A stretch of 64,000 bases of DNA from an uncultured Acidobacteriota bacterium. GTDB lineage: Bacteria; Acidobacteriota; Blastocatellia; RBC074. Shown here in pieces: positions 31,469-42,408 of this stretch. Every line of letters starts with the position of its first letter. Position 1 is the first letter of the stretch. The stretch spans positions 928,001 through 992,000 of the forward strand of contig CAWCKY010000004.1 in the NCBI GenBank assembly GCA_963796275.1, written 5' to 3'. The notes under the pieces are model-generated. The model worked only from the letters and a program-made list of their open reading frames with translations. It was not told the DNA's origin and did not search any database. A program made the translations under genes and the position numbers.

Positions 31469-31769
31469 CTTTTCTCCAATTTACGGATTAGGGATTTGCT
31501 CGCGAATCGGAGCATATAAGGGGTTGGTATTATTGTGGCCCTTTGTTCATGATTCTGTTTTAATAAAACGTAGAAAATATGCCGTGATACCAAATGTGTA
31601 AAATTATTTTTGATTTACTTGAAGAGTGTCTGCGATTACGGCGAAGAAAAACAAGAGAAAACCAAAATACATTGATTGACAGAACATACACAAAAATAAT
31701 CAGGTTGATTACCGCAGCGCCACAATATTGAAAATAGAACAACTATCAGCCAGAATTCCGCTTCGTTTT

Positions 31770-32831
31770 ATGCCGCAGTACAAAGACAAGATCGAGCGGA
31801 TACTCGTCCGCGGAACCAACTGGATCGGCGATGCGGTGATGAGTACGCCCGCCTTGCAGCGTCTCCGCTCTTCCTTTCCTCAATCTCACATCACGCTGCT
31901 TGCCACCGGGCGAACGACCGCGCTCTTTGAGGATTCCCCGCTCTGCGATGAGGTTATCGAATACCGCCGCCGCGAAGAAGGCGTAGCTGCGGTCATCAAA
32001 ACCGTGAAGACGATGCGCGCGCGCCGCTTCGATCTGGCTGTCCTCTTCCAAAATGCGTTTGAAGCTGCGCTCTTGTCATACCTGGGCGGCGCACGTTTAC
32101 GGATCGGATTTGCCGAACAAGGTCGCGGGTTTCTTCTTACACATGGTCTCAGACGGAGTGACGAGCATCGCAATCGTCACCAGGTTCACGACTACCTCGA
32201 TATCGTAGCGGAATGCGAAAGAGTCTGTCTGGGATCGGATTTCAAATCGATCGATTCCACCCCGCTTCCTTTACTGATCGCCAACGCCAAACAAAAAGAC
32301 GCCGCGCTGACCTTACTGGAATGTTTCGGCGTCAAGTTCGGCTCACGCTCGCTCATCGCGATCAACGCCGGCGCGACCAATAGCCGCGCGAAATGCTGGC
32401 CCGCCGAGCGATTCGCGGCGCTCGCCGACCGGCTCGTCAGGGAGATGAATGCGCAGATCGTGCTGATCGGCGCGCCTTCCGAGTTGGAATATGCCGATGG
32501 AATCATCTCGCGGATGGAGACAAATGGCGTGGCAGATCTCACGGGTAAGACCACTATGATCGAACTCATCGGGCTGCTCGATCTTTGCGATCTGCTCGTC
32601 AGTAACGATACCGGGCCGGCGCATATCGCCGCGGCTCTCGGCCGTCCGACGATCACTATCTTCGGACCGACCAATGAATTTGAGACCGCCCCGGCCACTA
32701 ATGAAATAGTACGAGCGGAAGGCATCGAGTGCGCTCGTTGTATGCTGCGCGACTGCCCGATAGATCATCGATGTATGATGCGTATTTCCGCAGATCTGGT
32801 CTTTGAACGCGCGCGAGCCATATTGAATTGA
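31770..32831 (+). CDS. waaF: LPS heptosyltransferase II (GT9)
   Basis: [34 protein letters not shown] and C..C...CP..H.CM motifs. Confidence 0.9.
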   Translation: MPQYKDKIERILVRGTNWIGDAVMSTPALQRLRSSFPQSHITLLATGRTTALFEDSPLCDEVIEYRRREEGVAAVIKTVKTMRARRFDLAVLFQNAFEAALLSYLGGARLRIGFAEQGRGFLLTHGLRRSDEHRNRHQVHDYLDIVAECERVCLGSDFKSIDSTPLPLLIANAKQKDAALTLLECFGVKFGSRSLIAINAGATNSRAKCWPAERFAALADRLVREMNAQIVLIGAPSELEYADGIISRMETNGVADLTGKTTMIELIGLLDLCDLLVSNDTGPAHIAAALGRPTITIFGPTNEFETAPATNEIVRAEGIECARCMLRDCPIDHRCMMRISADLVFERARAILN

Positions 32832-32925
32832 TAATTGATAGTTGATAATTGATAATGTCTTTTTGGTAGTGGACTATAGTATTAAAGAATCCCCAATCAT
32901 CCATTATCAATTTTCCATTATCCAT
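32823..32925. repeat. Inverted heptamer repeat hairpin (TTGATAA / TTATCAA, TCCATTA) between waaF and gmhB
   Basis: About 4 TTGATA(A/G) units followed by complementary CATTATC/TTATCAA units. Confidence 0.6.
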
Positions 32926-32946
32926 TCCCCCAAAGCTCCGGCTTTT

Positions 32947-33522
32947 ATGAAAAATCGGGCGATCTTTATTGACCGCGACGGAACATTGAATGAGGAGGTG
33001 GGCTACATCACTAAGATAGCTCAATTCCGCCTCTTCGATTTCGCCGCCGAGTCGATAAAGTTGATCAATGATGCGGGCTGGCGAGCTGTTATCATCACTA
33101 ATCAGGCTGGCATTGCGCGGGGAGAGTACACCGAAGAATTCCTCGCGCAGCTCCACGCGCAAATGGAGTCATCATTGCTCAGGCAAGGTGCACGGCTCGA
33201 TGCGATATATTATTGCCCTCATCACCCCGACTTCGGCGTGCCTCCTTACCGGCAGGATTGTGAATGTCGCAAGCCAAAACCCGGACTGATTGAAAAAGCA
33301 GCGAAGGACCTCTCTCTCGATTTGAGAGAATGCTATGTCATCGGTGACCGCAACCGCGATGTCGAAACGGGTTATGCCGCCGGATCGCGCGGCGTGATGG
33401 TGATGACCGGTTACGGCCGGGAGGAATATTCGAACAAACACTCGACCTGGCAGCGACAGCCCGATCACGTGTGCGAGAATCTGTTGGAGGCTGTTCAATG
33501 GATTCTCGCTAATAATAATTGA
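32947..33522 (+). CDS. gmhB: D-glycero-D-manno-heptose-1,7-bisphosphate phosphatase (HAD)
   Basis: [29 protein letters not shown] and IGDR..D motifs. Confidence 0.92.
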   Translation: MKNRAIFIDRDGTLNEEVGYITKIAQFRLFDFAAESIKLINDAGWRAVIITNQAGIARGEYTEEFLAQLHAQMESSLLRQGARLDAIYYCPHHPDFGVPPYRQDCECRKPKPGLIEKAAKDLSLDLRECYVIGDRNRDVETGYAAGSRGVMVMTGYGREEYSNKHSTWQRQPDHVCENLLEAVQWILANNN

Positions 33523-34598
33523 TGAGAATTTTGATCGTCAGACTCGGAGCCATAGGCGACGTTGTTCACGCATTGCCCGCGCTGGCTGCATTGCGGCGCG
33601 CGATGCCCGATGCTCACCTCGCCTGGGCGGTCGAACGTGGAGGCGCGGCCAATCTGCTGAAAGGCAATCCTTGTCTCGATGAATTGATCGAGCTCGATCT
33701 GCGCGGCTGGCGCAGGGAGCCGGCGAGATTCGAGACTATCGCGGCGATTCGCGGGACGGCCGCACGGCTGCGTAAACCAGGGTTCGATATCGCGCTCGAT
33801 TTTCAGGGATTGATCAAATCGGCGTCGATACCATGGCTCGCGCGCATCCCGCGGCGCATAGGTTTTGAACGCGCGGCTCTGCGCGAACCGCTGAGCGCGC
33901 TCATGCTGACAGAGCAGGTCGAAGCCAATGACGGAGATCACGTGATCAAGAAAAACCTTCGTCTTGCGGCGCACCTCGGAGCCGAGCGAGCGAGCGAATA
34001 CGATTTTCCCATCGAGATCGAACCGGAAGACGAACTTTTCGCAGAGGTTCAAGGCGAAAGATTCAAGGGATCTTTCGCCATTCTCAATCCGGGCGGCGGA
34101 TGGCCGACGAAGCTCTGGGGCGCTGACTGTTTCGCCGCCATCGCCGATCGCCTGTGGGAAACTTATAGAATCCGCCCGGTCGTGACCTACGGCCCGCGCG
34201 AAGAAGCTCTGGCGCAATCGGTCGTCGAGCAATCGCGCACGAGGGCGGCAGTGATGCTCGATTCGACGCTCAAACAATATTTCGCTCTCGCGCGAAAGGC
34301 GCGGCTCTTTGTCGGGGGCGATACCGGGCCGATGCATCTGGCTGCCGCAGCGGGAACGCCCATAGTCGCGATCTTCGGGCCGACCTCATCACGGCGCAAT
34401 GGGCCGTTCTTGAATGACGACGTGGTGATCGAGAGATTTGATCTGGATTGCCGAACCGATTGCTACCGGCGCGCCTGCAGTCACAACTCTTGTATGAAGA
34501 TTCCCGCCGAAATAGTCTGGCGCGGAGTTGAGAGAAGGTTTCAGATCGCGGATCGAAATTTACGGAACGGCGCACTTCCGGTTTTATCACTGCAATGA
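33522..34598 (+). CDS. waaC: LPS heptosyltransferase I (GT9)
   Basis: [29 protein letters not shown] and [11 protein letters not shown] motifs. Confidence 0.88.
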   Translation: MRILIVRLGAIGDVVHALPALAALRRAMPDAHLAWAVERGGAANLLKGNPCLDELIELDLRGWRREPARFETIAAIRGTAARLRKPGFDIALDFQGLIKSASIPWLARIPRRIGFERAALREPLSALMLTEQVEANDGDHVIKKNLRLAAHLGAERASEYDFPIEIEPEDELFAEVQGERFKGSFAILNPGGGWPTKLWGADCFAAIADRLWETYRIRPVVTYGPREEALAQSVVEQSRTRAAVMLDSTLKQYFALARKARLFVGGDTGPMHLAAAAGTPIVAIFGPTSSRRNGPFLNDDVVIERFDLDCRTDCYRRACSHNSCMKIPAEIVWRGVERRFQIADRNLRNGALPVLSLQ

Positions 34599-35167
34599 CG
34601 AACAGCGAACAGACAATAAATACAAATACGCGAACGAGGCTGCAGAGATTGCGCGTTCCACTGGGGTTATTCTCGGTGATCCTCTTCGTTTTCGCCTCTC
34701 AACCGTCCCCGCGCACTATGCTGTCGGGCATCCCGATCGCTTTTTTGGGCGCGCTCACCCGGGCGTGGGCATCGGGGCACTTGCGAAAAAATGCTGAGCT
34801 GGCCACCGGCGGACCCTACGCTTTCACGCGCAATCCGCTCTACTTCGGCAGTTTTCTCATGGCCTTCGGAAGTGCGGTTTGCGGCGGAAGTTGGTGGCTG
34901 GGCGCGTGGCTCATCGGATTCTTTCTGGTGGTCTACTTGCCGGTGATGAAAGCCGAGGCGGATCTGATGCGGAAACTTTTCGCGAGCGAGTATGAAAAAT
35001 GGTCCGCCCACGTCCCGCTCTTTATTCCGCGCCTGACGCCATATCGTGGTTGCTCCGGGCAGGCATTTGATGTACTACAATATTTGCGCCATCGTGAATA
35101 TCGCGCGTCGATCGGACTGGCGATCGTTATAGGTATCCTGGCGTTGAAAGCTACGAAAGTAATTTAA
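34595..35167 (+). CDS. Isoprenylcysteine carboxyl methyltransferase (ICMT/PEMT) family membrane methyltransferase
   Basis: [25 protein letters not shown]...VP.FIP motifs; ATGA overlap with waaC. Confidence 0.88.
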   Translation: MTNSEQTINTNTRTRLQRLRVPLGLFSVILFVFASQPSPRTMLSGIPIAFLGALTRAWASGHLRKNAELATGGPYAFTRNPLYFGSFLMAFGSAVCGGSWWLGAWLIGFFLVVYLPVMKAEADLMRKLFASEYEKWSAHVPLFIPRLTPYRGCSGQAFDVLQYLRHREYRASIGLAIVIGILALKATKVI

Positions 35168-35225
35168 ACTTATAGTTCTGAGTCCGATCGTCGTACCAGA
35201 CTGCGGACATCCTGAAGGCTCTAGC

Positions 35226-36227
35226 ATGAAAAGAATATTAATCACCTTCTTGCTCCTCCTGACTGCCATTGTGGTAATGGGCACATACGTCTCGAAGGCA
35301 AAACAGACTCCGCAAGGGCAGACTGCGTCCCAGCCGGCCATCACGCCGGGTTATCCGCCTGCCGTTCTGCGGCGGGACTTTAAAGATTCGTTTCCGATTA
35401 CCCCGGGCGAGAAGCTCGAGTACGATATTCGAATATCGAAATTTCCGATCTATCTCTCGGTCGGAATTTTCACGCTGGAGTATCTCGGCCCCGTCGCCGG
35501 TAAAGCGCCCGGCGCGGATCAGACGGCCACCAAACCTGCCGACCCCTTGATCCAGGGCTTGAACACCGAATTCGTTCCATCCCCCAATGATCGTTTCCTG
35601 CACCTGCGCGCGACCGCTGTGTCGAAGGGACTGCTTCTCAAGCTCTTCGGGTATAGCGTCAAAAACCGCTATGAGACGCTGGTAGACAATAACGATTTCT
35701 CGGCGCGCCTGAGTTTGTTCGAGGAGAGGGTGGATAAAAGACAGCGGGTTCAGACGGCCGTCTTCGATCGGGGAACGCAGCAGGTGAAATACCTGACGTC
35801 CGACCTGACCAAGCCCGAGGTTCCGGCCAAATCAAAGCTTCTACCGCTGCAGGACGGGATGATGAGTTTGCTCTCCGGCCTCTATTTCCTGAGATTGCAG
35901 GATTACAAGGAAGGTCAGATGATGCGCATTCCGGTATCCGATGATCAGAAGAACTATGAGTTCGAAATACTCGTCGGCAAGCGCGAAAAGGTCAAAACGG
36001 AGTGCGGTAATATCGATACGATCAGACTCGAGCCGAAAATCTTCGGACCGGACAAATTTTTCCGGAAGAAGGGCGAGATGTTCATCTGGATCACAGAGGG
36101 CGATCAACACGTGCCCGTGCATTTGGAAGCCAGGGGAGAGGCCGGCAAACTCTCGGTGAAACTCATTAAAAAGAATTGCCGGATATTAGATCTGGATACG
36201 GACGAAAAAGAGAAACAGAAGCAATAA
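35226..36227 (+). CDS. DUF3108 domain exported protein
   Basis: Signal peptide; GEKLEY, LS.LY.LR, EKVKT..G, IWIT....VPV motifs. Confidence 0.75.
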   Translation: MKRILITFLLLLTAIVVMGTYVSKAKQTPQGQTASQPAITPGYPPAVLRRDFKDSFPITPGEKLEYDIRISKFPIYLSVGIFTLEYLGPVAGKAPGADQTATKPADPLIQGLNTEFVPSPNDRFLHLRATAVSKGLLLKLFGYSVKNRYETLVDNNDFSARLSLFEERVDKRQRVQTAVFDRGTQQVKYLTSDLTKPEVPAKSKLLPLQDGMMSLLSGLYFLRLQDYKEGQMMRIPVSDDQKNYEFEILVGKREKVKTECGNIDTIRLEPKIFGPDKFFRKKGEMFIWITEGDQHVPVHLEARGEAGKLSVKLIKKNCRILDLDTDEKEKQKQ

Positions 36228-36314
36228 ATGGGCGAGCGGCAGCGAGCGGATATCGATCAATTTCCGATTGACGGAGACTCGCTCGCTACGGCTCGCGGTA
36301 CCGATACGCTGACC

Positions 36315-37076
36315 ATGTCCAGTTACCAAGAGATCATCTACGAGCTCAAAGGCGGTGTCGCCTACATCACACTCAATCGACCGGATAAGCGAAATGCGCT
36401 CAATGACCGGCTCATCGGCGATCTGAAGAACGCCATGACCGAAGCCGAGTCCGATGCGGCGGCGGTTCTGCTGCGCGGTGCCGGAAAGGATTTCTGCGCG
36501 GGAGCTGACCTTTCTCAGCTCCAGAAGATAGCGCAGGCGTCGATACTCGACAACCTCGACGATGCCGAGCAATTTGCCGCGCTATTGTTACAGATGCGGA
36601 GACTGAAGAAGCCCGTCATCGCGGCGGTGCACGGGAGAGCGCTCGCAGGCGGCGCGGGGCTCGCTTCCGCCTGCGACATGGTTATCGCCTCGCGCTCGGC
36701 GACTTTCTCTTATACCGAAGTCAAGATCGGATTCGTCCCGGCGATCGTCATGGCGATCGCGCGGCGCAATCTGAGCGAGAAACGCGCATTCGAAATCCTC
36801 TGCACCGGCAAAACACTGACCGCGGTGGAGGCGGAAAGGATCGGTTTCATCAACCGGGTTTTTGAAGATGAGACTTTCGAAGCGGAGGCCGGGAAATTTG
36901 CGGACGAGATCGCGCAATTCAGCGGCTCGGCGATCGCATTGACCAAATCGTTGCTCTATCAAACGGACGCGATGACGTTCGAACAGGCGCTGCGCGCTGG
37001 CGTCGAAATGAACGCGATTGCGCGCACTACCCCTGATTGCAGGGAAGGTATCAGGAAGTTTTTGAGTAAGTTGTAA
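36315..37076 (+). CDS. Enoyl-CoA hydratase/isomerase family (methylglutaconyl-CoA hydratase-like)
   Basis: [25 protein letters not shown] and EVKIG motifs; the upstream ORF extension is a palindromic repeat. Confidence 0.9.
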   Translation: MSSYQEIIYELKGGVAYITLNRPDKRNALNDRLIGDLKNAMTEAESDAAAVLLRGAGKDFCAGADLSQLQKIAQASILDNLDDAEQFAALLLQMRRLKKPVIAAVHGRALAGGAGLASACDMVIASRSATFSYTEVKIGFVPAIVMAIARRNLSEKRAFEILCTGKTLTAVEAERIGFINRVFEDETFEAEAGKFADEIAQFSGSAIALTKSLLYQTDAMTFEQALRAGVEMNAIARTTPDCREGIRKFLSKL

Positions 37077-38654
37077 ATGGCTGCCCCAAGAACAGAATTT
37101 TCACCCACATCGATTACCAATTTTCGTACGCTCACCACTCTCATAGGCGTCGCCATGGCGATGTTCATGGCCGCTCTGGAAAATACCGTCGTAGGTACAG
37201 CCATGCCGACGGTGATCGCGAGTCTCGGCGGAATCGATATCTACAGCTGGGTCTTCGCCGCCTACATTCTCGCGGCGACGGTGATGACGCCGATCTGGGG
37301 CAAAATGGCCGACCTGATCGGCCGGCGGCCGGCGATGTTCGGAGGGCTGGCGCTCTTCATCATCGGTTCGGCGCTGTCGGGGGCCGCTCATTCGATGCCG
37401 CAGTTGATCGCATTCCGCGTTCTTCAGGGATTGGGCGCAGCGGCGCTCTTCCCCATCGGGATGACTATCTCGGCAGACATGCTGACGCTGGAACAACGGA
37501 CGAAAGTGATCGCTCTCTTCAGCGGGATGTGGGGGGTGGCGTGCGTGATCGGGCCGCTGGTCGGCGGCTATCTGACCGCATACACGCAGCTCTCGTGGCG
37601 CTGGTGTTTCTACATCATCCTGCCATTCGGTATGCTCGCGGCGGCGATGATCTATTGGGGTTATCAGGAGCAGTATGAACGTCGCCAAAATATCTCGCTC
37701 GATTACGCCGGCACGCTTGTCATCACAGCCGCTCTGTTCATCCTGCTGTTGATCGTCGAGCGCGGCGCCGATTACCCGCTCGCCGTCAATTTAGGCGGAA
37801 TATTTGTCTGTGTCCTGCTGTTCGCCCTCTTCGTCCGGATCGAGAAGAAACATCCGGAACCGCTGCTGCCGCTCGACCTGTTCCGCAACCGAGTAGTCGC
37901 CATGGCGACGCTGCACGGGCTCTTCGCGATGATGGCGCTGATCGGAACGATGTCGTTCCTGCCGTTATTCGTTCAGGCGGTGATCGGGACGAATGCGGCG
38001 GAAGCGGGAAAGATACTCATTCCTTTCATAATTCCATGGGTTATGACCGCCATAATCGGCGGGCGATTGGTCCTGCGTTTCGGCTACCGCCCGCTGGTGC
38101 TCACCGGAATGGCCTTGATGCTCATCGGCGCATCGATGCTCGCGCAGGTCTCGATCGAGACGACGCGAACGAAGTTGTCATTCTATCTGGTATTCCTCGG
38201 GATGGGCGGCGGATTGACGGTTGCGATAATGACGATAGCCGCGCAGCACGCGGTCGCGCGTACGCAACTGGGCGTCACGACATCGACCGTGCAATTCGCG
38301 CGCAACATAGGCGCCGCGCTCGGCACCGCGATAATGGGAGCGCTGATGGGATGGCAATTGAGCCGGCTGCTCAGAAGCGCGCCGGCCGAGATCGCCCATC
38401 TGGTCCGCCAGAGCGAGATCGGATCGATCGTGCGCCCCGAGACCCGCCAATCTTTATCACAACCGGCTTCCCTATTTCTGCAGAAGGCGCTGGCCGGCTC
38501 ATTGCGTATGGCCTTCGCCTTCGTCCTCGTCTCAGTCATCATCGGCGCTATCATCGCCTTGTTCATCCCCGGCGGAAGCGTGCAAGATCTCGCGCATAAC
38601 GAGGCCGAAACCAATGAGCCGGCAGAGGTGGCATCCGGGTTCCCGGAAGCGTGA
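37077..38654 (+). CDS. MFS drug:H+ antiporter (DHA2, 14-TM)
   Basis: [35 protein letters not shown] and WRWCFY motifs. Confidence 0.93.
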   Translation: MAAPRTEFSPTSITNFRTLTTLIGVAMAMFMAALENTVVGTAMPTVIASLGGIDIYSWVFAAYILAATVMTPIWGKMADLIGRRPAMFGGLALFIIGSALSGAAHSMPQLIAFRVLQGLGAAALFPIGMTISADMLTLEQRTKVIALFSGMWGVACVIGPLVGGYLTAYTQLSWRWCFYIILPFGMLAAAMIYWGYQEQYERRQNISLDYAGTLVITAALFILLLIVERGADYPLAVNLGGIFVCVLLFALFVRIEKKHPEPLLPLDLFRNRVVAMATLHGLFAMMALIGTMSFLPLFVQAVIGTNAAEAGKILIPFIIPWVMTAIIGGRLVLRFGYRPLVLTGMALMLIGASMLAQVSIETTRTKLSFYLVFLGMGGGLTVAIMTIAAQHAVARTQLGVTTSTVQFARNIGAALGTAIMGALMGWQLSRLLRSAPAEIAHLVRQSEIGSIVRPETRQSLSQPASLFLQKALAGSLRMAFAFVLVSVIIGAIIALFIPGGSVQDLAHNEAETNEPAEVASGFPEA

Positions 38655-38799
38655 GAGTCCGGTATCCGAATCCTGAAGTCTGTAGCCAATGTTGATTCCG
38701 TTCTTCCTACATCTCGTTTTCCATCCCTAAACCTCTGCCCAACTTGAGAGTCCGGACTCTGGAATCCCTGTCTTACCCATCAAACTTTCGCACGGAATC

Positions 38800-39151
38800 A
38801 GCCTACGAAGTGGGCGATAGAATAAAGCCCAGGGTGGAGCCGAAGGCGTAATCCTGGGTGGCGTGATATCCCCTCGGCCACGTGAGTCCACGAAGTGGGC
38901 GATAGAATAAAGCCCAGTGTGGAGCCGAAGGCGTAACCCTGGGTGGCGTGATATCCCCTCGGCCACGTGAGCCCACGAAGTGGGCGATAGAATTAAGCCC
39001 AGGGTGGAGCCGAAGGCGTAACCCTGGGTGGCGTGATATCCCCTCGGCCACGTGAGCCCACGAAGTGGGCGATAGACCACAAGTTTATGAGCCTTGATCT
39101 TAAACTCAAGGTTCCCCCTAGCTTTTATTCTTTCGCACTCCGTGGGCTGAT
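38800..39151. repeat. Tandem array of an 85-bp palindromic REP-like unit (about 3.25 copies) with inverted terminal end
   Basis: Units start at 38800, 38885, 38970 and 39055; hairpins GCCCAC-GAA-GTGGGC and CCCAGGGT...ACCCTGGG; inverted cactccgtgggctgatt end near 39136-39152. Confidence 0.9.
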
Positions 39152-39163
39152 TTCCCCCTCCCC

Positions 39164-39212
39164 TTGACACTACCTATGTAGTAATTTATATAAGCAGTAC
39201 ACAATATAGGTA
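39164..39212 (+). promoter_or_regulatory. padR promoter with overlapping palindromic candidate operator
   Basis: TTGACA at 39164 and TATATA 17 nt later; ACTAC-ctat-GTAGT (39169-39182) and TACCTAT...ATAGGTA (39171/39206) inverted repeats. Confidence 0.55.
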
Positions 39213-39232
39213 ACAAAAAAGGAGGCGGCCCG

Positions 39233-39559
39233 ATGGGCAAGACATATCTCTCATATACTGTTGCCGTGATACTGCAGGCGCTGGACAACGGTTACCAGTA
39301 CGGGTTTGACATTATGGATGTGACGGGGTTGCCGAGCGGAACGGTCTATCCTGCGCTGAGGCGTTTGGAAGAGGCCGGGCAGGTCAAATCGAAGTGGGAG
39401 AAGCATTCGATCGCGCAGCAGCAGCTGCGGCCGCCGCGCAAATATTATGAGCTGACGAAAGACGGCAAGGAGGCGCTGGGGGAGGCACTGCAGCGCTACC
39501 GTTTGTTGGAGCGGAGCCAGATGCCCCCCTTTCGCAAGCCGAAACCGGCTGAAGAGTAA
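39233..39559 (+). CDS. PadR family transcriptional regulator
   Basis: YGFDI...[12 protein letters not shown]...W...RKYYELT..G motif; SD GGAGG. Confidence 0.95.
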   Translation: MGKTYLSYTVAVILQALDNGYQYGFDIMDVTGLPSGTVYPALRRLEEAGQVKSKWEKHSIAQQQLRPPRKYYELTKDGKEALGEALQRYRLLERSQMPPFRKPKPAEE

Positions 39560-42265
39560 TGCTTCATCGGCAATTGATCAGATTCATAGGCTTGGTCGTG
39601 CCGCGACCGCTTGCGCGCCGATTGGCGGCAGGAGTGGGAAGCCGAACTGCGCAACCGCGAAATATTGTTGGCCGAGTGGGACAGGCTCGACTGGCGCAGC
39701 AAACTTGATCTGCTGCGGCGCAGCCTGGGCGCGTTCCGCGATGCGTTGCTGTTGCAACCGCGAAGACTGGAGGACGAAATGTTTCAAGACTTGCGTTATG
39801 GCGCGCGAATGCTGCTCAAGAATCCCGGCTTCACTGTCGTGGCTATGTCCTGTCTGGCCTTGGGCATCGGAGCCAACACGGCGATCTTCGGCTTTATCCA
39901 TGCAGCTTTTTTCCGCCCCTTGCCCGTCGCCGAACCGGATCGACTGGTAGCGCTTTCGCGTGTCAATGAAGCACCCATCTCCTATCCAGATTTCACGTTT
40001 TTGCGCGACAGAAGTGATGTGTTGTCGGGTTTGGCTGTCGATACAGGTATTCAGATGGGCTTCGGCAACAAAACTCGCAGTGAAGTCGTGCTCGGATCGC
40101 TGGTATCGGGCAACTACTTCGACGTACTCGGCATAAAACCGGTTTTGGGACGCGTCTTCCTTCCCGAAGAAGACCGCACGCCGGGCACGCATCCGGTCGT
40201 GGTCATCAGCCACAACTTCTGGCAGAGTCGATTCGACAGCGATCCGAATGCGATCGGCCGGACGATTATTCTGAATAATCATCCCTTTACCGTGATCGGC
40301 ATCGCACCAGCCGGGTTCGATGGTCTGATCTCTCCGGTGAAGAGCAATTTGTGGGTACCGGCGATGATGCACAGACAGGCGATGCGGGGCGGCCCGGTTG
40401 CGCCTGACGATCTGCTTAATGACCGGCTGTTCCCGTTTGAGGTCATCGGTAGGCTCAATCCTGGCGTGTCGCGAGCGCAAGCGCAAGCCGCACTGGAATT
40501 GCTCAATCGCCAAAACGAACTGGCCAATCCGCCACCCGCACATTTGCTTCGCAATCCGAACGAAGACCGGTCGCTCAGACTGTCACTCCCACAAGGCAGT
40601 TTTTCAGGTCCTTTAAGGCAAATGGCGGAGACTGCTTCGAAGTTGCTGTCAGCGATAGTCGTGACAATTCTTCTGATCGCCTGCGCTAACGTCGCCAACC
40701 TGCTGTTGGCGCGCGCCGCCACGCGCCGCAAAGAGATCGCCGTCAGATTGGCCCTGGGCGCGTCGCGGTTGCGCTTGATCAGACAATTGCTGACGGAAAG
40801 CGTGCTGCTCGCGCTGCTAGGCGCGGGAGCCGGTTTGCTGATGTCCTACTGGATCAATCAACTGCTGATGGGTTTTAAGCCCCCATTCCCGCCGCCGTAC
40901 ACCTTCTCGTTAGACCTCTATATTGATGCGCGCACGGTCTGTTTTACGCTGCTGTTGGCGTTAATCACCAGCGTGCTCTTCGGCCTTGCACCGGCCCTTC
41001 AGGCATCGAAACCCGATATGGTTCCGGCATTAAAGGACGAGAGCGGAGCTGAAGGGCGCCACCAGCGGAGATTCAATTTGCGCGACGTTCTGGTGGTCAC
41101 ACAAGTGGCGCTCTCTCTGGTGCTGCTGATCGGCGCGGGCTTGTTCATCCGCAGCTTACGCCATGCGCAGCAAATAGACCTCGGCTTCAGGCCGGACAAT
41201 GTGCTGGAGCTCTCATTCGATCTGAGGCTTCAGGGATATGACGAAGCCCGGGGCAAAGAGTTCTATCGGCAGATCATCGAGCGCCTCGAGAGGCTACCTG
41301 GCGTTCAATCGGCGAGCGTGACGAACTTTCCACCGATGGGCTTTATATGGCTCCGGGCTGCTGTTGAGCCAGAGGACCGCGATATTCCACTGAATGAAAG
41401 GCCGACAGCAGGCTCCTTCACCATAGGACGCCGTTACTTCGAGACCATCGGCACGCCGCTCATGCGCGGGCGTGATTTCACGGCACAAGACGGTGTCGCC
41501 TCGCAATCCGTGGCTATTATCAGCGAAGGTCTGGCGCGAAGCCTCTGGCCGGAGATAAAGGAGACGGGGGAGGCGCTTGGCAAACGTTTGCGCGTGATGA
41601 CGGGCCCGAGCGCGACGCAGTGCGAGGTCATCGGCATAGCGAAAGACTCAAAAAATTCGGTGTTCAGTCCGCTGAACGGGCCGCCGCCTCCGGCCATCTA
41701 TCGCCCGATCGCACAGGCTTATTCGGCGCTGGCATCGGTAGTCATACGCACCAGTGGCGATCCGCGTGACCTGATTCCCAGCGTGCGGCGCGAGGTGGCC
41801 ACGCTCGACCAAAACCTTCCGCCGAGCAACATTCAGACATTTTCCGAAAACCTCCACCTGGTTCTATGGCCCGCACGGACGGGCGCAGCGGTCCTGGGCA
41901 TCTTCGGGTTGCTGGGTCTCGTGCTTGCCACGATCGGGATCTACGGCGTGATGTCGTACATGGTCGCACGGCGCACGCGCGAGATCGGCGTGCGGATGGC
42001 GCTGGGTGCACAAGCGGGCGACGTATTGAAACTCGTCGTCAGACAGGGAGTTCGGCTGGCGTTGATCGGCGTGGCAATAGGTTTGACGCTGGCTTTCGCG
42101 TTGACACGTTTGATCGGGAGTCTGCTTTACGGCGTAGGCCCGACCGATCCTGCGACATTTTCCGGTGTCGCATTGTTCTTGATCGGCGTCGCACTCGCGG
42201 CCTGTTATCTGCCGGCGCGCCGAGCGACCAGGGTCGATCCGCTGGCCGCCTTGAGGCACGAGTGA
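39559..42265 (+). CDS. ADOP-type duplicated ABC permease (MacB-PCD/FtsX x2) no. 1, with +1 frameshift near 39605
   Basis: QDLRYGARML.KNPGF, LIACANVANLLLAR, EIGVRMALGA and VDPLAALRHE motifs. ATG 39559 overlaps the padR stop and gives [15 protein letters not shown], one base out of frame with the 884-aa ORF. Confidence 0.88.
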
Positions 42266-42294
42266 TTCGATTGCGGATGGGAGAGTGAAACAAT

Positions 42295-42397
42295 GGCAAG
42301 CGCCTGGGTACGCACGCTTCCAGCGTGCCGGGTTTTCTCCAAGGGACCATTAGCCGAACTCCAGCACGCTGGAAGCGTGCGTACCCAGGCGCTTGCC
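42295..42397. repeat. Perfect 34-bp inverted repeat REP-like element
   Basis: GGCAAGCGCCTGGGTACGCACGCTTCCAGCGTGC (42295-42328) and its exact reverse complement (42364-42397). Confidence 0.9.
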
Positions 42398-42408
42398 GGA
42401 GCGCATAT

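Noticed and set aside
38800-39075. Possible CRISPR array
   Set aside because: The whole 85-bp unit repeats with no unique spacers, no cas genes are present, and the unit occurs singly elsewhere as a REP-like element.
38727-39170. Repetitive ORFs 38727..39170 and 38803..39051
   Set aside because: They are translations of the 85-bp DNA repeat, whose period is not a multiple of 3.
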